A stretch of DNA of 64,000 bases from Eledone cirrhosa. Its lineage: Eukaryota. A program made the position numbers and the translations under genes. The notes beneath the pieces were generated by a model. The model was not told where the DNA came from, did no database searches, and worked only from the letters and a program-made list of their open reading frames with translations. Shown here in pieces: positions 56,048 to 64,000 of the stretch. The stretch covers positions 110,918,001 to 110,982,000 of the forward strand of contig OZ024743.1 in assembly GCA_964016885.1 (NCBI GenBank). The letters run 5' to 3'. Positions within the stretch are counted from its first letter, which is position 1, and each line of letters begins with the position of its first letter.

Positions 56048-58061
56048 ATTATACAGTGTGAGAGACAGTTTACTTTTGATAAAATGCATCTTTTCTCCTT
56101 ATATGAAATATCAATATGCAACAAGACATGGATGAATGAATGTTTATACAGGTAATTACACATTAGTGTACAAAAATCAACAATACAAGCATTATTTGCA
56201 CGTATTAATTTATCATTGGAAACAACATATTTACAAAGACTATTACTTCTACTACAATTGTTATCGTTCGTCAAACTATTCACAATTCAATAAATCATCA
56301 TGGACACTGCTGCCTGTATTTTCTTTCGATTATGACATTCCTTTGATAATTCTTGTTGGAATGCTTCACAATTCAACATCACAATATGCTTATGCACGAA
56401 CGTAATTTGTTTTGGATTTTTTAAAATCAATAATGATATAAGTATATAGAAGATGTGATTACTATTCTAGTAAATTACGTAACTGGATTTTCTCCTGCGT
56501 AACAATTGGTGAAGCGAATATGGCCTAATGCGGCATCTTTTATATAGTTTTCATTATGTATCGTGACATAATCTATAATATACTTGAAGGAGGCTATAGT
56601 TGATGGTAATAATTAATTCTCGTTCGTTTTCATAACGGTGTAAAGCGAATGAATAAGGAGTAGAAAGTAGGTAGAATTACAGCGATGTAATGAAGGAGGG
56701 GAAGGAAATTAGGGAATGAATTCAACATCACTTTAGTCCAATGACTATATTTCTGTTAATGATTATTGATTTTGCAAATATTAATTAATCCTTTTATATT
56801 GATTTTAAAACAGCTGAATGCAAATATATTAGTGACAGATGTGACAGCTTTAGAAAAATTGTAATGCGATGTTGGTAATGTAATATTTTTAGTTTCTGGT
56901 GATACAAAATATGTTGTTGTGGTTGGTGTTATCAGATAGACGATGTTGGTATTCAGAGAGAGTGACTGTGATGTCGGCGTTAGTTAAGCTAGGAAATATT
57001 TTGATAAGTTTGGTAGTTGGTAAAATTAAATGTGTGCTATATTAATGAAATGTAATCTGGGAATACGCTGTTTAGCCCTATCATTTATATTCTTTTAGTT
57101 CTCTTTTTAATTTCAAGATGATTGAATTCTTTTCTTCTTTTTAATCGAAATCGTAAATTTCAAATAAATATTATGATTTGATTTGATTTATTTTAATATG
57201 TATATTTTTTTCATATCTTTCTTCTCTTAAAGACAAATTTATATCTAGAATCTGCTCAGAGATTCATAAAAAATTCCAAAAGACAATATAGGAACGATCT
57301 AATCGATGAATTCTTTGCTACATTAAGTCAATATTTTCTTTCACTCTTTCCAGTTCTCCCAATTATTCTTCAGGTTTCAATATTTCCGTTTTTGTTTTGT
57401 CTAACTTGATCTCTTTATCTGTCACTTTCTATTTTTCTATCTCTCTATCTCCCACTGAGTGTCAAGAGGAAGTGTTATTGGATGAGTCCAATGCCAGCTC
57501 TCTTTCAAACAATAATATTACAAATGAAGTTCCATCTAAAATTAAACAGATTTGAAATAACAGACAATAACATACACTATCAATCAAGCTATATTAATAA
57601 AAACATGCTTTTAAATACACACATAACTGAAGAAAATAATACACACAAGAAACGCCCCGAAACTCCTAATACACACAAACAGATGGTCTGATTAAGACGA
57701 TAAATATGATTTCCTCATTTTTTCCATGTCATGTTATAATCAATCAGTGATGACTTTAGAGTTGGTTTATTATTTTTTACTAAATAAAAGCTATATTCAT
57801 GAAATGGATATTAGATGTTTCCGAAACAAGAAAACTATTCCAAATTTGCATGTATTTGTTCTGGGCGATCTATTTGTATATACTAAATCATGTTGACACA
57901 GAATCAACTGAGAAAAAAATCAGAAAATATAACTAAATCGTACAAAGCGAAGTTTGAAACTTAACAACATACCCACGCAAACACACACACACACACGCCC
58001 CCCCCCCCCCCCCCAACACACACACAGTGCATATATATTTATATATATATATAAAAAGAAA

Positions 58062-58635
58062 ATGTTTCGAATATTAATAATAACATTCGATTCGTTTGCA
58101 AACAAGCATCATTTTTATAGCCATTTCAGTAGAATGAACCCTTCATTCTTGCAGTACAGCTCACTGTTCACCTGCCAAATCTCAGAGCTAGTGAAAATAT
58201 ATGCTATTTTCTAAAATATACAGTAACCGATCGGCCTGTTTGCATATTTTATTTGAATTTTGTAAAGCCGGCAATTTATCGATCATATACAGGAAACTGA
58301 CAGGCCAGTCTGCTGATATGCAAATCTGGGTGTTCAGTGGATCTGCTAATATGTAGATCTGACTGATCAGCCAGTCTGCTAATATGCAAATCCGGCCGAT
58401 CAGTCACTGTATATTTTTGAAAATAGCATATATTTTCACTAGCTCTGACAGTTTGGCAGCTGAACAGTGAACTGGACTGATGAAGGGTGATACCCAGAAA
58501 CATTAGTGTCTGCAGTTCTATTTAGAAGCCAACACAAGAGCAAGAATGGGTTCATTCTACTGACATGGCTAAACAATGAGGCTTGTTCTCATAATTGCAA
58601 ACAAATCGAATGTTATTATTAATATTCGAAAAACT
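58062..58635. mobile_element. Inverted-dimer non-coding element with HHR and internal 33-bp tandem repeats
   Basis: 58062-58248 is inverted versus ~58380-58632; tctgct.atatg.a.atc occurs three times at ~58305-58395. Confidence 0.75.
58469..58518 (+). ncRNA. Type I hammerhead motif with GUC site
   Basis: GAACTGgA-CTGATGA-aGGGT gat ACCCa-GAAA-CATTAGTG-TC-TgCAGTTC. Confidence 0.8.
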
Positions 58636-58859
58636 CAGATTACATTTATATATATATATATATGTGTGTGGGTATGTGTGTGTGTATGTGTGTGTGTGTG
58701 TGCGCGCGCGTCCGTGTGTGTATATATACATTCTGTCATTACACCAGCAGAAGTCCGACGAGCTTTTGATTCCAGAGTCGGGCCAGAGCGATACAGATCG
58801 CACTATGAGCTGATCAATAGGGAAACAAGCGTCACCAATCAATAATCACAATGAAGGCT

Positions 58860-59810
58860 TAACAAATCGTTCTTGTATTAGAAGGAGTGCCAGAAGCGGT
58901 GCTGGCACGATGGAAACACCTCTGATGTTTTATTAAGGGGGTTATGGTTCGAAAAGATTATAGTATGGGTCTCTAGTAGACAGAGGTTACAGAATTTATT
59001 AGGTGGTCTGTAGGATGCCGCCTTACCTATCACTTCCCATTGAAGTGTATATGATCTATTTCTAGTTTTCAGATAGTGTATGTAGCTAGATAGTGAAGTG
59101 TAGTTGGCTAGACTGTGTGTTTTGAAAGAATGGAGATGTGAATTGTATCTGGTTTTGAAGCAGTTCGAAGTAGATCCTATATAGGTTTCAGAAGAATTGT
59201 TAGTTCTGACCGTGCATGAGTAGATGATGTCCTTGATTAAGCAGTTTTTACCTAAAGGGCAGGTTCTATTAGATCTACAGTTACAATTATTTTCGATGTA
59301 AATCTGTCGGTTATTATGTTGTGTAGAAGTCTGGTTGCTAGGTATTGCATTATGACTATGGGGGTTGTCGCTCCCAATGTTATTTATTTCATTAGAGTTA
59401 TTACTATTATTACTATTGATATCAGGGTTTGCAGATATTACGTTGTTTTGAATGTTTACTCCTTGCCGTGTTTTAGTTTGTTGAAAGTAAGTATTAATAG
59501 TTCTTGTATTGCTACTAGCTATGTGGTATGCTATGTTAGGCTTGGTAGAGTAGGCGATTTTAATGGTGTTTTTATTTATAAGACTATGTTACTTGTGGCC
59601 AGATGGGAAGTTTTTATAAAGAAGTGAGAAGAAAGCCGTAGGTAGGTCGGTAGAGACGTTAAGATTGAAAGGGGGGTTGAAAAATGGATAGGATGTCAAT
59701 TATATGTACAAACATTGAAAAATGGTCCGAACACTCCAAGCCTAGGTTTGGATGAAACAATGGTAAGTGAATAAATGCTTTGAACATAGCTTTGATTCTT
59801 GTGAATTATT
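58860..59810 (-). mobile_element. PLE (Naiad-like) GIY-YIG remnant, missed by the ORF track, with inverted half-HHR at 59735-59770
   Basis: Minus strand FFNPPFNL..CNCRSNRTCPLGKNCLIKDIIYSC..YIGSTSNCFKTRYNSH..CNLCLLE..LNKTSE. Confidence 0.85.
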
Positions 59811-60766
<956 letters not shown>

Positions 60767-60774
60767 TATATATA

Positions 60775-60851
60775 TTAAGGGTGAAATTATATTAATATTA
60801 AGGGTGGAAGCAGCGATTCTTTGCTTAAACTTTAATATGTTATTTTAATAA

Positions 60852-60856
<5 letters not shown>
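60775..60856 (+). mobile_element. Solo terminal fragment of the PLE family at 36198-38262 (half HHR)
   Basis: ttaagggtggaagcagcgattctttgcttaaactttaat.tgttattttaataaat. Confidence 0.8.
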
Positions 60857-60936
<80 letters not shown>

Positions 60937-61548
60937 AGCCTGTCTGTGTCTTTGTCTGTGTGTGAGTATGTGTATATTTGTGTCACAGTGTGCGAGTGTA
61001 TGCGTTTCAATGTGTGTGTGTGACCACGTTTGGTCATAAACTAAATATAAATATTTTGCCATGTGACAAGTGGCTCGATTTACTAAAGTATTACTCTGTC
61101 GTTTACTTTAGTGGCAAATGTTACTCTATCGTGGATATTGGAATAGTTTCTTCTTGATGAAGTTTGGTTTGACGTTAAATTTATCATGTTTGACGTCAAA
61201 TTGGGTTGTTTTTCAAATTAGATGCTATGTCAAATACGGTATTTTTGTTATATCTAAGAATGAATACCTTATAGGCTGTCTTCCTCTCTTTCTTCTTCTG
61301 CTTATAATAACAATAGTAATAATTATTATTATTATTGACGACCTACGTAGAAAATCGTATTATCGTGAGCTCCGCAAAGATTTGTTGTTTTCAGTTGGTT
61401 AAAATTGCCATTTATGGAAAATATTTATTGTTAACTCTATATAAGTGCACATACATTGTTTTCTGAAAAGGACACTCAAAAAGATTGGGGTCTAGAGCCC
61501 AAAATTTAAACTTTTATAATTATCAAACAAAATTTCTTTGAAAAAATC

Positions 61549-62871
61549 ATGGACGTCTCACAGTCACACCTTCCTCACAAACTAACACCTCACACCAACA
61601 CCACTATTGTAAATATTACTACGTTTGCCAACACTAAACATATAAGCAGTAGCAATAATTTAAATTTGTCTCATGCAGACATTCATTTCCCGCCATTACC
61701 AATAATTGCAGGTGTTGAAGCCGCCACCCCCACCACCACCACAGCGACAATAAATTCAAAAGAAAAACATAAATTGTTTCGTGACATCGAAATGGTTTCA
61801 CCCAGAATAGAATCTTCCACACCGAACACCACTGACGCCACCAACACCACAACTGAAACTTCAAATAACAATAACAAAAAGAACGATAACAACAACAGCA
61901 ACAACAACAATGAGAATAAGAAAATCATCCTGTCGTTTTCCAGAGTAGCTAAAAAGTACGAAGCTATCCATGTAACTCAGGAGGAATTAGATGAAGCTAA
62001 GAGAATGATAAAGAAAGACGGGTACAGGGTCCGCCTCATCCCCCCCCCCCCCACACCTAATAAAATGGAGCATGGGCGCCTATGCAACGTATGTTACCGG
62101 ACGATTAACATAAAATCGCGCCGAGTGGAACGGGCATCCGAGTCCCAAATCCCGAAAGCTTTGGGACATATGTGGGTCAAAACAACCCACATCAGACGTG
62201 GGCAGAAATATGGAACCGTGGACGTGTTCTTTGGAACACCACAGGAGGCCAGAGAACACTCCATGGCCCCAGTAAGAAGTGACGACTTCACACTCATCCC
62301 AAGCTATTGTGGCCAGAGACTCGTGAAAATCAGGGTGACACACGTTCCACCGGCCATCGAAATTCACTGGCTAATGGCTGTCGTCCTCGCCGGCATCGAG
62401 GCCAACACTAAGATAATCTTAATAGCGAAAGAAAAGTAGGATAACTGGTCCGGATCTGCGATGGAGCTCCTGATCCAAGCGGACAGAAAAAGCATTGAGG
62501 AGATCCCAGAGATAATAGACCTCACTGACGGCAGCCACCTCACCGTGATCGTCGAGGGCAGAAGGCCTAGGTGTGTCGTTTGTGGTGAAGGAAACCACCT
62601 AAGGGCTTTCTGCCCCCCGGCTAAAATGTTGAGGCCACCTCCCTTAACCACCCCAGTGACTCAATCATCAACACTACCAGCAGCAGAGATGGCAGCAACA
62701 AGTAATTGTAACAGCAACAACCGCAGCTACAGTTGCAAAACCAACACCACCACCACCCAACGCGCCAGTTCTAGCACCACCTCCTACACCATCCACCACG
62801 CCACAACCAAAACCAACGCCCGTGGAGGATTTTCCGCTCTCCGACCTATCGCAACTGAAGACAGATTGTGA
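61549..62871 (+). pseudogene. Tx1/L1-like LINE ORF1 (gag-like, zinc knuckle), with in-frame stop at 62437-62439
   Basis: ORFs 61549-62439 and 62461-62871 are in the same frame; CVVCGEGNHLRAFC = CX2CX4HX4C. Confidence 0.8.
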
Positions 62872-63123
62872 CTACGACACCAGCATCACAGAAAAAGACT
62901 ACACAACAACCCAAAAGTTCCCACCACCTCCACACATACAAATCACTCGCATCACACAGAAAACGTACACGACACTAAAACAAAAATTACCCAAAGACAT
63001 CGGTGATTTCCGACAAGCACTCTCCGGAGGAGGCCACAAGCGGTAAAAAGGATGGAAAAACCATCCTTCCTCTACGAGAAGTAAGGTAAGTGGTCTTTCC
63101 CATCTTTTCCACTCCATTTCAAC

Positions 63124-64000
63124 ATGACCGCACTCAGAATAGGCAGCATAAATGCGCGTGGCTTGGGGTCGTCATGGAAGCAGGGCCACCTGCTCAACCA
63201 CCTCAGGTCACTAAACATAGATGTAGTGGCCTCCAGCGAGACCAGAATCTCCGAAGCACGGGCCTTCGCACCGATCTTCGGCGTCCTGGATCGGGGGGAG
63301 GAGTTGCTGTGCTTTTTCGGAGAGTTTGGATCTCGCTATACCGGCCATCTTCCTGGACCCAGAAGGTAAGTTGGTGGTGCTGGACGTGACCAGGCTAGCG
63401 GCCATCTATGCCCCGAGAGGAGCAGGTCGGCATGAAATTTTCCGGCTTCTAGAGACCTTTCTTGGAACGTCCAGCTCTTTAGTGTTAGTGGGCGACTGGA
63501 ACGGGATCTTAGATGCACGCTGGACTGTGTGGGATTAGCGGATAGGGGAGGAGGGTGCAAGAGCAACACCAACCTGCTCAGGCGTTTTGAACTGTCTGAC
63601 AGGTACCGATTGGATTTCCCGAATGACCCAATGTGGACTTGGACAAACTGCATAGGGTCACCCAGATCATATCTAGATAGAGAATGTTGTAGCGAAATAG
63701 ATAGGTCTAGCATAGGCTGTCCACAATTCAAGATAGTCAGCTACACTGACTACAAATTCGTGATTTGTGTGCTTGACTTAGATAGGCTTCATAGACGAGG
63801 ACCCTGCTACTGGAAGCTAAAGGCGTCCTTACAGTGGGAAGGCCTACAGAGACCGGATTAGCGAACTAGTTAAGCTGGCGTTGACGAGGGCCATCGTCAA
63901 CAAAAAGTGGTGGTTTTCTCTGAAAAGAGCGATTAGAATAGAGTCCATTAGGTTTAGTAAGGCTTTAACAATTGAGAAAAATAGAGCAGAAGGAGAACTA
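63124..64000 (+). pseudogene. Tx1/L1-like LINE ORF2 start: APE-type endonuclease, frameshifted, runs off the window
   Basis: IGSINARGL..DVVASSET, AIYAP, VGDWN, WTW..SYLDR, TDYK, YWKL. Confidence 0.85.

Noticed and set aside
58300-58400. 33-bp repeats as a CRISPR-like array or coding repeat (DLHISR x3)
   Set aside because: Contiguous tandem repeats without unique spacers, in a eukaryotic repeat element; no cas genes

Overview
AT-rich, microsatellite-saturated eukaryotic DNA. The SINE families and repeat content suggest an octopus or related cephalopod, which is an inference. No intact host gene can be supported, and most ORF-track entries are translations of (TA)n/(TG)n/(CA)n. The window holds decayed retroelements: five Penelope-like element (PLE) coding remnants (RT and/or GIY-YIG), Tx1/L1-like LINEs, RTE-like fragments, two tRNA-SINE families and one Tc1/mariner remnant. 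The main signal, read by eye on both strands, is about 20 type I hammerhead ribozyme (HHR) motifs (about 12 with an intact CUGANGA/GAAA/UH core) plus about 5 half-motifs. They sit in PLE termini and in many unrelated non-coding elements inserted in (TA)n. Several of these elements are inverted dimers whose breakpoints fall at the ribozyme. Two look like retrozymes, with ~543-nt and ~697-nt units present as more than one unit. Some HHRs have very long stem II inserts, and two carry the compensatory U3-A8 core variant. All folds and coordinates were assigned manually and are approximate.
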